Shown here piece by piece: positions 19,982 through 28,587 of a stretch of DNA of 64,000 nt (its first letter is position 1; every line of letters begins with the position of its first letter). Source of the DNA: Moheibacter sp. (GTDB lineage Bacteria; Bacteroidota; Bacteroidia; Flavobacteriales; Weeksellaceae); the NCBI GenBank assembly GCA_035515075.1, contig DATJBZ010000012.1, positions 2,360 through 66,359 of the forward strand, given 5' to 3'. The notes under the pieces were generated by a model. The model was not told the origin of the DNA. It searched no databases and saw only the letters and a list, made by a program, of their open reading frames with translations. The translations under genes were made by a program, and so were the position numbers.

Positions 19982-21358
19982 TTAAATTATTGGTATAGCA
20001 ACGATGCTGTTTTCTGCAGAAGACGCTCCTGCAAAACTTGATAATTCGTTGCAAGACCCTGGTTGTGGCCGATCTGCTATGGTGCTGTGCACCCAAAAAT
20101 AATAAGTTTTATTTGAAATAGAAGTATTGTTGATGATAAATGATCCTGAGAGCATATCGTATTTGTATACCATTGTACTTGATTTTGGTCCTGAGAAAAG
20201 TCCACTGACCAACTTGTTATTCCCAATGATGTCGGTGGAGGTAAAGAAATTATTGGGCGAATCGCTGAATGTGGTTTTTACCCAAATCCAATCAGTTGTA
20301 GATAAAGTACAAGAAGTTTGTCCAAGACTAAGCAGCATTGTGCTTTTGACTTCCCATTTGCCAGGTGGCAAAGTGATGGATGCACCTGTATAGCTACTGG
20401 AGTTGTTGGATAGGGGGATGTTTACTCCGTTTGTTAAATTGCCCAAGATTCTGTGCATTTTTGGGTATTGCCAAGTGCCTATGCCATTTGCATCAGACGA
20501 GATAACCTTTCCTGCTGCTTGAGAACCGTCATTTAGCCTGAATCCACTTTTGGGAGCAGCAACTGTTCCACCAGTGTGGATTTCAAATTTCTGTAAAGGG
20601 TTTGTGGTGCCAATCCCAACATTTCCTGTTCCAGTAATGATCATTCTTTCTTGGCCCGCAACATTTCCACCAGGAGTGGTGCTGAATCTAATCGGTGCGG
20701 CTGCGTCTGTGAAACTCGTTGATAACCTCAAGGCTGTAGCGTCTCCTGAAGCTGTAATTTGGGTTGCTCCTTCAGAGAAAGCTTGTATGTCAATTCTTGC
20801 AGATTTGTTGTTGTTGTTTCCATCTGCGGCAATGGCTGCAATAGTAGCACTTTTTAATGAAGAAGTAGGTAAGCCTACTTGGTATAATTGCCCATCGTTT
20901 GTGAAAAGTGTTTTTTGGTCAATACCTATAAATTCCATACGATGTCCATTTTTGTTGAGATATCGATTGGAAGTAAGCATGCCATTTGCGTTGTAAATGT
21001 TTTCAACGTTATTGCTACTTTTTAATTTTTGCCAAATTAAACCATCAAAGTAATAGTATCCTTCTTGGTCTACATTTATTCTTTGGTCCAAAGCTGTTCC
21101 GGAAGTCACATCAGTGATGTAAATTAAAGCTCCTTTTTGCTCGGCTTGATAAATGGCGGTATTTTCCGAGAGTTCTCCTCGGGTCAATCGTGGTGCTTGT
21201 AATCCCAACAATTGGTTGTTGTCAATAATATTTCCAGTTGCATCTCTTTTGGCATCTACATCTAAAGTAGTTTTAGGATTTTCAGTATTTATGCCTACTT
21301 GAGCGGATGTTGCTGCCCCTGTGCCAATAAGTGCTAATAATAAAAGTGTTTTTTTCAT
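19982..21358 (-). CDS. secreted protein with tail-fibre-like motifs, unknown function
   Basis: Signal peptide, then VGINTENPKTTLDV and later GNVGIGTTNPLQKFEI (a duplicated motif seen in phage tail-fibre-like proteins of Flavobacteriia). Cys-containing C-terminal beta-rich domain. Confidence 0.5.
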   Translation of the reverse strand: MKKTLLLLALIGTGAATSAQVGINTENPKTTLDVDAKRDATGNIIDNNQLLGLQAPRLTRGELSENTAIYQAEQKGALIYITDVTSGTALDQRINVDQEGYYYFDGLIWQKLKSSNNVENIYNANGMLTSNRYLNKNGHRMEFIGIDQKTLFTNDGQLYQVGLPTSSLKSATIAAIAADGNNNNKSARIDIQAFSEGATQITASGDATALRLSTSFTDAAAPIRFSTTPGGNVAGQERMIITGTGNVGIGTTNPLQKFEIHTGGTVAAPKSGFRLNDGSQAAGKVISSDANGIGTWQYPKMHRILGNLTNGVNIPLSNNSSSYTGASITLPPGKWEVKSTMLLSLGQTSCTLSTTDWIWVKTTFSDSPNNFFTSTDIIGNNKLVSGLFSGPKSSTMVYKYDMLSGSFIINNTSISNKTYYFWVHSTIADRPQPGSCNELSSFAGASSAENSIVAIPII

Positions 21359-21472
21359 AGAGGTTATTCATTAGTAAGATTATATATGATTTATGTTTTT
21401 ATTTGACTTTAAATAAATGAAGATCATAAATGGTTTTATAGGGACAAAAATATAAAGCGCAAAAGCAACATT

Positions 21473-21499
21473 AGGTTAACAGTAGGTTATATAAGGTTA
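21473..21499. promoter_or_regulatory. three helically phased AGGTTA direct repeats (candidate response-regulator site)
   Basis: AGGTTA begins at 21473, 21484 and 21494 (11- and 10-bp spacing), 115-140 bp upstream of the 19982-21358 gene. A fourth copy lies at 21361. Confidence 0.35.
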
Positions 21500-21528
21500 A
21501 CACATCGATTAGTAAGATAGTAGTGGCC

Positions 21529-24500
21529 TTAAAGTGATTTTCTGTTGTCATTTGAATCTCTGTCAATCAGCTTGTTGTAAGGATCTACGCCTACTTCAAC
21601 AGGTTTTTCATCAACGATAATGCTTACTTTGTTGTTGATTTTATTAATCAAGTATTTTTTATTGAAGATTTCATTGTCATGTTCGTAATTGTTCTTCAAA
21701 ATTTTCTCACCAAATACGCCGATTTCTATATAGTCATTGAGGGGATATGATTTTATGATGTTTTTTCCATCTTTTCCTGTCAGGTAATAGTTGCTATCAT
21801 CGGTGAGGATCTGTTTTCCTTTGGGGGTAGTTTTATGTTTGGATACAATAAAGGTAATGTCAACTTGGTATTTACCGTTTTTTAAAGGTTTGATTTCAAC
21901 CTTCTCAACCTTATTGTCATACAGTGTGATGGTTTCAAACATATCGGTAATCAGATAGTGTAAATTTGCAGGTGTATTTTCTTTTAAATGATTTACAAAT
22001 TCAATTGAGTTGGTATAAGGTGCTTCTTGGAATTTCACTTTGGCAATGTAAGCTTTCAGTATCTCATTGAATTGTTTTTCGCCCAAATAATCGCTCATTG
22101 CATACAAGACCAATGATCCCTTATTATAATGGATATACTGTTGGTTTTCATTGTACATTAATGGACTTTCTTCATTCGATTCATTGGCTCTCCCAGTTAG
22201 ATAAGCATCCAAAGCATTCTTCAGAAATTTGCGCATTTGGAATTTACCGTATTCATTCTCTAAAACTTTTAAAGAACTGTATTCTGACAGTGATTCTGAT
22301 AACAGTGTCGCTCCTTTTACATTGGCGCCTATGACTTGATGTGCCCACCACTGATGTGCCATTTCATGTGAAACTACTGAGAAAGGATAATCTACTGCAT
22401 TTGGGTTATACTCATCTACATTGGCAATGAAACCTATGGCTTCAGAGAAAGGCATGGTATTGGCAAAAGCTTGGGCAAAAGTCCCCATGGTTTGTGGGAA
22501 CTCTATGATACGTGCTTGTTTATGTTGATAGGGACCAAAGTTTTCAATGTAATATCTCAAGGATTTCTTCATGGCGTCCATCATTCGCTCTACATTGTAT
22601 TCGTGTCCTTTGTGGTAATAGATTTCAAGGTTCAGGTTGTTCCATTTCTCTTTTTTAACTTCATACCGTGCCGAATTAAACGCATAAAAATTTAGCATAC
22701 TTTGATCCATTTTATAATGGAAATAATTCCTGCCATCGTTGTGCCATTGTTTTTGCAAATAACCTGGTGCGATTGCAGTTTGATTTCCCTCCGTACTCAC
22801 CGTAGCTTCAAAAGTAATCCAGTCTGCTTCGTTCGAAATATAGGTGTTTTTACGTGCTTCGAGATTGTCTGTCGCAGCCATCCGTTCTCGATTATTCAGT
22901 TTATATTTTTTACGAATATTATTATCTTCAATTTCTATTTGGGAATCGTACCCAATGGACGGGAAATAATCGTTGCTGATGAAAGTCCCATTTTCAAGAA
23001 TAGGAGATTGATCTTTTAGCCATGTATTGGGTTTGTTCTGAACAAACATTTCCATTTTCAGCGTATCTCCAGGAGACAAAGGTTGATTCAATTGAAAGAT
23101 CACAAAATTCAAAACACTATCATTAAGAACCAGATGGTAGTCTTTTTCAAATTTTATTTCATCTAAATTATTACTAAGGTTTAAAAATATCGAATCAATG
23201 TTTTGGTTGGACTTGTTGACCAGCTGATAATTTACAACTGCTTTAAAATTTCTTTTTTCAGGAAAAATGTCCATTTTCACTTTTACATCAACGATTCGTG
23301 GTTGAGGATGGTTTTCAAATTTTTTATATTTTTTTTCATAATCGATTTGTTGCTTTTCTATGTCTTTTGAATTGTAAAAAGGTTCTGCGATTGCTTCTTG
23401 ATAATAAATGGCTGAACCTAAGGCTATGAATCCTAAAATAGAGATTGAGAGTGGAACTGAAATGACTGGTTTTAATCTTTTTGCAAATAAATCTAAACGC
23501 TCTTTTGCATTGGTCAGAATGCCTCTTCTCCAGAATAGTAATGTCAATCCATAAAAGGTCAAGCCTAAAAGAAGCCAGTAAAAATTATAAATAAAGTATT
23601 CTCTCACACTCCCAAAACCATTCATATCAGAATAACTGTACTCAGGACTTTTATTAAAACTGAAAACCATCAGTTCAATTCCTAATTTATTCAAAACAAT
23701 TGGCGTCATTTGCAATCCAATGATCACAAAAAATCCAATGAAGTAATTTCTAAAAAATGCCTGAATAAATAAGGAGAATAGGATCAATTGGATATAAGAA
23801 ATTAATTTGAAGCCAAAGAAATCTGTCAGATATTGACCTATTTCAAAATTAAAATAGCCATAGTAAACTTGAATGGCTATTCCTGACAAGATAGCAATTG
23901 TAAAAACCAGAACGACCATTTGTATCAGGGCCAAAAATTTTGACAAAAGCAAACTCCAATTGGGGATGGGAGTAGAGTCAACCAAAGCATTCATCCGTGA
24001 AGACATAGCATTGTTGAGTAAAATACCTGCAAATAGATAAATCAAAATGGGTAGAAAGATAGCCAAAAAATCATCGATTAATAGAATGACTTTCCATGTG
24101 ACAGGCAGCGTTCTTGTGCCCATCAGCTCTTGCCCTAAGGTATAGCCAGACAGGATAATGCAGATGATAAATACCAGCATCAAAGTGCCGAAAATCCAGT
24201 TTTTAGTGAGCGTTTTAAATTCAAATTTAGACAATTGAAAGGCTGTTTTAAAAAATGAATAAAATGAATAATCATGAGAAACTCGACTTAAATTAATCTT
24301 GAAAATACTGCCAAAATTATCTTTTATGACACGCTCTGCTTTTCTTTTTTTTACCCAATTAAGTGTAGAATGAGAGAATGAAAATGTAAAGTAATTCAAA
24401 ACTAAGGCTAAAAAACCTATAGTTATCCAAATTATGCGGTTGAAAACAATGGCCTTATCAAGAGGAATTAGTAAGGTGTTTTGCTCTTCAATGGACCAGT

Positions 24501-25176
24501 ATTGGGTTACATAACTCAATGCTTCTTTTCCAAAAGGCTCTATGAGGGCCACAAAAAACTTGTCATCGATATTATTACTTAGATTTACAATCAATGCTTG
24601 CATTAAAATCAAAACAATGACAAAAATAAAGCCGACGTAAAGTTTTCTTGTTAAGTTGACTAATAAAAAAGTGACTGCTCCTATATAAAAAACATTGGGG
24701 ACTATAAATAAAATATAAGCTTGAAAATATGCTGTGATTTTGATCGGCCCCAACAATTCCTGATTAGCAAAAGGTAAAGTTGAAGCAATTAAGAAGCCCA
24801 AGCCAATCGAGCAAGTGATAAGTATGGTGATAAAAAATCCACTGAAAAATTTACCCATCAAAAATTGAAATTTATTGAAAGGATAGGCAAACAATAAGTG
24901 ATGTGAATCGTATTTGTATTCACGGTAAACTGTAGCGCCAATGATGGTAGGAATGATGAAGTTGACCAAGGTGGACAAATACCGGATAATCCCACTGATG
25001 GCGAGTGGTGAATTGATAATCGTATTGGAAGAGGTTGTCGCTCCAAATGCATCAAAATAGCCTAATGCATCTGCAATCAGAGAAAAGGATAGAGCAAAAA
25101 AAATGAAAAAATAGAGATAAAACTGACGGCTTTTTAACCAATGTTTTGTTTCAAAATTAAATATTGCAGCTAACAT
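21529..25176 (-). CDS. fusion protein: polytopic ABC-2-type permease (N-terminal ~590 aa) plus an M1-family gluzincin metallopeptidase domain
   Basis: About 12 hydrophobic helices in the N-terminal half. The C-terminal half has VVSHEMAHQWWAHQV...LLSESLSEY (HExxH...E). Translationally coupled to the ABC ATPase upstream. Confidence 0.8.
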   Translation of the reverse strand: MLAAIFNFETKHWLKSRQFYLYFFIFFALSFSLIADALGYFDAFGATTSSNTIINSPLAISGIIRYLSTLVNFIIPTIIGATVYREYKYDSHHLLFAYPFNKFQFLMGKFFSGFFITILITCSIGLGFLIASTLPFANQELLGPIKITAYFQAYILFIVPNVFYIGAVTFLLVNLTRKLYVGFIFVIVLILMQALIVNLSNNIDDKFFVALIEPFGKEALSYVTQYWSIEEQNTLLIPLDKAIVFNRIIWITIGFLALVLNYFTFSFSHSTLNWVKKRKAERVIKDNFGSIFKINLSRVSHDYSFYSFFKTAFQLSKFEFKTLTKNWIFGTLMLVFIICIILSGYTLGQELMGTRTLPVTWKVILLIDDFLAIFLPILIYLFAGILLNNAMSSRMNALVDSTPIPNWSLLLSKFLALIQMVVLVFTIAILSGIAIQVYYGYFNFEIGQYLTDFFGFKLISYIQLILFSLFIQAFFRNYFIGFFVIIGLQMTPIVLNKLGIELMVFSFNKSPEYSYSDMNGFGSVREYFIYNFYWLLLGLTFYGLTLLFWRRGILTNAKERLDLFAKRLKPVISVPLSISILGFIALGSAIYYQEAIAEPFYNSKDIEKQQIDYEKKYKKFENHPQPRIVDVKVKMDIFPEKRNFKAVVNYQLVNKSNQNIDSIFLNLSNNLDEIKFEKDYHLVLNDSVLNFVIFQLNQPLSPGDTLKMEMFVQNKPNTWLKDQSPILENGTFISNDYFPSIGYDSQIEIEDNNIRKKYKLNNRERMAATDNLEARKNTYISNEADWITFEATVSTEGNQTAIAPGYLQKQWHNDGRNYFHYKMDQSMLNFYAFNSARYEVKKEKWNNLNLEIYYHKGHEYNVERMMDAMKKSLRYYIENFGPYQHKQARIIEFPQTMGTFAQAFANTMPFSEAIGFIANVDEYNPNAVDYPFSVVSHEMAHQWWAHQVIGANVKGATLLSESLSEYSSLKVLENEYGKFQMRKFLKNALDAYLTGRANESNEESPLMYNENQQYIHYNKGSLVLYAMSDYLGEKQFNEILKAYIAKVKFQEAPYTNSIEFVNHLKENTPANLHYLITDMFETITLYDNKVEKVEIKPLKNGKYQVDITFIVSKHKTTPKGKQILTDDSNYYLTGKDGKNIIKSYPLNDYIEIGVFGEKILKNNYEHDNEIFNKKYLINKINNKVSIIVDEKPVEVGVDPYNKLIDRDSNDNRKSL

Positions 25177-26051
25177 TATTTATCTCTTTTTAATGAAACA
25201 AAATAAACATCTTCCAGATCAGCTGGTGTCGAAACAAAAGTTTCATTCAATTCTACTTCGCTATAAACTCGAATGTTTAAAGTGTTGTCAGGATTGAAAT
25301 GGGAAGAGAGAATGGTGTATTGGTTTGCAAACTCATCCAATTGTTCTTTTTTGATTTGCCGTTGCCATATTTTTCCATTCAACTGCTCTTCTCCACTTTC
25401 AGGAGTTCCTTCATAAAGAATTCTCCCACCATTTAAAATGGCTATTTGATTGCATAATTCGCGAACATCATCTACAATATGGGTTGAAAAAATGACTGTG
25501 TTATTTGTTCCAATTTCACGTAAAACATTCAGAAATCGACTCCTTTCTGCGGGATCTAAGCCCGCAGTTGGTTCATCAACAATGATCAATTGTGGATTGT
25601 TTAAAAGCAATTGCGCGATACCGAAGCGTTGTTTCATCCCACCTGAATATCCACTAACGCTTTTATTGCGCACCTCATACAAATTAGTAATTTCCAAAGC
25701 TTCTTTGATGATCTTTTTACGTTCGCCTTTTTTCGAAATTCCTTTCAATTGAGCAAAATAATTCAAAAGCGTTTCTGCCGACATATTTGGATACACCCCA
25801 AATTCCTGTGGTAAATAGCCCAAAACTTTACGCAGTGCCATTTTGTCCTCCAAAATATTGATGCCGTTTAAACTAATCGAACCTGAGGTTGGCGTTTGCA
25901 AAGTAGCAATAGTACGCATCAGTGAAGATTTGCCCGCACCATTGGGACCTAATAAGCCAAACATTCCCTTCCCAATTTCTATATTTATATTATCTAAAGC
26001 TTTTACGCCGTTTTTGTAGGTCTTAGTTAAACCAGATATTTTTAAACTCAT
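25176..26051 (-). CDS. ABC transporter ATP-binding protein
   Basis: Walker A GPNGAGKSS, signature YSGGMKQR, Walker B LIIVDEPTAGLD. Its stop overlaps the permease start. Confidence 0.9.
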   Translation of the reverse strand: MSLKISGLTKTYKNGVKALDNINIEIGKGMFGLLGPNGAGKSSLMRTIATLQTPTSGSISLNGINILEDKMALRKVLGYLPQEFGVYPNMSAETLLNYFAQLKGISKKGERKKIIKEALEITNLYEVRNKSVSGYSGGMKQRFGIAQLLLNNPQLIIVDEPTAGLDPAERSRFLNVLREIGTNNTVIFSTHIVDDVRELCNQIAILNGGRILYEGTPESGEEQLNGKIWQRQIKKEQLDEFANQYTILSSHFNPDNTLNIRVYSEVELNETFVSTPADLEDVYFVSLKRDK

Positions 26052-26191
26052 AAGATTGGTTTTATATATTTAGTTAATTCACCTACTTTTATGCAGTCGG
26101 CTTACCATGTCTGAAGACTTGTCATAAACGAGCTTTTGACCTTTTTCAAGTAAATGAAAGACAAACTTATATATTCTCAACGAAGACAAGG

Positions 26192-26219
26192 GTTAACTTA
26201 TGTTATTTAAAGTTAACTT
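26192..26219. promoter_or_regulatory. GTTAACTT direct repeat pair upstream of the ABC/M1 operon
   Basis: GTTAACTT at 26192 and 26212 (20-bp spacing), 140-170 bp upstream of the ATPase start. It shares the GGTTAAC core with 21473-21501. Confidence 0.3.
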
Positions 26220-26274
26220 CTATTTTTGAGCGCTTTTTGGACCCATCGAAACGGCATTAAATGACCTTAAAGTT

Positions 26275-27783
26275 TTATTCTTTCAATGCTTTCTGGGTCA
26301 ATTCCATCACTTGGTCAAATTCATTTTCAATGACAGCATTGGGACGGTAAGTGATCTTAGAGACCAATAAATTGGTCAACAAAGCCAAAGTGAAACCAGG
26401 AATGATTTCATACCAATCCTTGAAAGGGTGCTCGAAATAAATCCAAAACAGTACGGTCAAACCTCCGACCAACATTCCACTGAAAGCACCTTGCCAAGTC
26501 GTTTTTTTGTGCAACAAAGCCAACAATATCAAAGGACCAAATGCAGCGCCGAATCCTGCCCAAGCGTTGCCCACCAAATTCAAAATGCTGTCCCTGGGAT
26601 TCAAGGACAAAAGCAAGGCGACGATGGCGACCAACAAAACCGACAAACGGCTTGCAATCAACATTTCTTTGGAAGAACCTTTTGGACGAATGAAGGCTTT
26701 GTAAATGTCCTCAGTCAAAGAACTGGATGTCACCAAGAGTTGAGACGAAATGGTGCTCATTACGGCGGCTAAAATTGCAGTCAATAAAAAGCCACTGATC
26801 ATTGGATGAAACAAAACCCGTGAAAAATAAATAAAAATCGTTTCTGCATCTCGGTTGGAAGCATCAAACAAAGCCATGGTGTTCGTATCATATTTTTGCA
26901 AATAAGCAATGCCGACCAAGCCGACCAACATGGCGCCGCCTACCGTGAAAATCATCCAACTGATGCCGATTTTTCTGGCTTTGATCAAATCTTTGGGTTG
27001 GTCAATCGCCATGAAACGCACCAAAATGTGCGGCTGTCCAAAATAACCCAATCCCCAAGCCAAAAGAGACAATATACCGACAGTGGTCGTTCCTTTGAAC
27101 CAGTCGAGGTAATTCACCCCTTTGGCATCAATCAATTGGAAGGTCTCACTCACGCCACCTATTTCACTAATCGCAACAATCGGGATGATCACCAACGCCA
27201 ATACCATGATGGTTCCTTGTACGAAATCCGTCAAACTCACCGCCAAAAATCCACCAATGAATGTATAGAAAACCACAACCAATCCTGTAATGAAAACACC
27301 ACTGAGGTAATTCATGCCAAAGGCGGATTCAAACAATTTTCCACCCGAAACCATGCCTGCGGAAGTATATAAAGTGAAAAATATCAGAATAAATAGGGAA
27401 GAGGTCATCTTCAACAAATGGCGTTTGTCCTTGTAACGGTTTTCAAAAAACACAGGCAAAGTAATCGCGTTTTGTGCGACTTCGGTATAAATCCTTAGTT
27501 TGGGTGCGACCCAGATATAGTTCAAATACGCGCCGATGGTCAAGCCAATCGCAATCCATCCGCTCGACAATCCCGTCACGTACATTGCACCAGGAAGCCC
27601 CATCAACAGCCAGCCACTCATGTCAGCAGCGCCCGCAGACAAAGCGGTAACGGCTGCGCCCAATTGTCTGCCGCCGATCAAAAATTCTTCTGAATTGGCA
27701 GTGGATTTTCTGTAAGAATAGACACCAATGCCGATCATGACCATCAGATAAATGCCTATTGATACCGCTTCGTATATTTCCAT
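26275..27783 (-). CDS. putP: sodium:solute symporter family transporter, PutP-like (sodium/proline)
   Basis: About 13 TM helices and SSF-type blocks (GGRQLG, LSAGAADMSGWLLMGLPG, GYFGQPHILVRFMA). Confidence 0.75.
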   Translation of the reverse strand: MEIYEAVSIGIYLMVMIGIGVYSYRKSTANSEEFLIGGRQLGAAVTALSAGAADMSGWLLMGLPGAMYVTGLSSGWIAIGLTIGAYLNYIWVAPKLRIYTEVAQNAITLPVFFENRYKDKRHLLKMTSSLFILIFFTLYTSAGMVSGGKLFESAFGMNYLSGVFITGLVVVFYTFIGGFLAVSLTDFVQGTIMVLALVIIPIVAISEIGGVSETFQLIDAKGVNYLDWFKGTTTVGILSLLAWGLGYFGQPHILVRFMAIDQPKDLIKARKIGISWMIFTVGGAMLVGLVGIAYLQKYDTNTMALFDASNRDAETIFIYFSRVLFHPMISGFLLTAILAAVMSTISSQLLVTSSSLTEDIYKAFIRPKGSSKEMLIASRLSVLLVAIVALLLSLNPRDSILNLVGNAWAGFGAAFGPLILLALLHKKTTWQGAFSGMLVGGLTVLFWIYFEHPFKDWYEIIPGFTLALLTNLLVSKITYRPNAVIENEFDQVMELTQKALKE

Positions 27784-27872
27784 AAAATCATTTTAAAACC
27801 TGTGGGTGGGAGCGTTGGCAAAGGTAAAAAAAGCGAATGAATTGACTGCTTTTTACATTGATTTTCAATGAA

Positions 27873-27904
27873 AAAGCGAAAGTGCTTTGAAGTACTTTCG
27901 CTTT
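27873..27904 (-). terminator. rho-independent terminator after the TlpA-like gene
   Basis: 11-bp stem AAAGCGAAAGT/ACTTTCGCTTT with a T run on the minus strand. Confidence 0.55.
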
Positions 27905-27924
27905 GAATCATTTTGGAAATAAGC

Positions 27925-28467
27925 TTAGGGTTGGATCAGTCGCTTTAAACTTTCGACCAAAACGGTATCATCGGCTTTGACAGCATAGTAATGCGCGATT
28001 TTTCCTTCTTGGTCAATCAAAATGTAACGCGGTACCCAGTTCAATTCAATGTCATTGGTGAAATCATTTTTCCAATCAGTGTTGAACCAATAATGTTCTC
28101 CTTCGATGTTGAATTTCTCTACTGCATTTTTCCAAGCATCTTCTTTGCCGATCCGATCCAAAGAAAAGAACAAATACACCACTTCAGGATAATCACTTTG
28201 CAATTGTTTCAATGCGGGCAAACCTGTGATGCAGTCTGGACACCACGAAGCCCAAACGTCCAATAAAATCACTTTTCCTTGGTGCTTTTCGAAAATGGAT
28301 TTGACATCGGTGCTTTTTCCTTCCCAATCAAAAATGGGTTGAAGCAAGGCGTTTTGGTCGAATGTTGTTTTATTTTTTTCAGGTGCTTTTTGTCCAAAGA
28401 CCAAATTTAAACCGAATAATAGCGTACAGAACAACAGTGTTTTTTTCATTTTATGCATTTGTTTCAA
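27925..28467 (-). CDS. TlpA/ResA-like thiol-disulfide oxidoreductase (thioredoxin fold)
   Basis: Signal peptide plus the WASWCPDC active site (CxxC). Confidence 0.8.
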   Translation of the reverse strand: MKQMHKMKKTLLFCTLLFGLNLVFGQKAPEKNKTTFDQNALLQPIFDWEGKSTDVKSIFEKHQGKVILLDVWASWCPDCITGLPALKQLQSDYPEVVYLFFSLDRIGKEDAWKNAVEKFNIEGEHYWFNTDWKNDFTNDIELNWVPRYILIDQEGKIAHYYAVKADDTVLVESLKRLIQP

Positions 28468-28587
28468 AATTAAATCAGGATGTTCTTGAGAAAATCCTTG
28501 GCTAAAATTACAAAAAGCCCGCCAAATTCCGCCCCATATTTTTAAGTAGCCGATGCAAAGTTCCTATCTTCGCAAAAAAATATTGAA

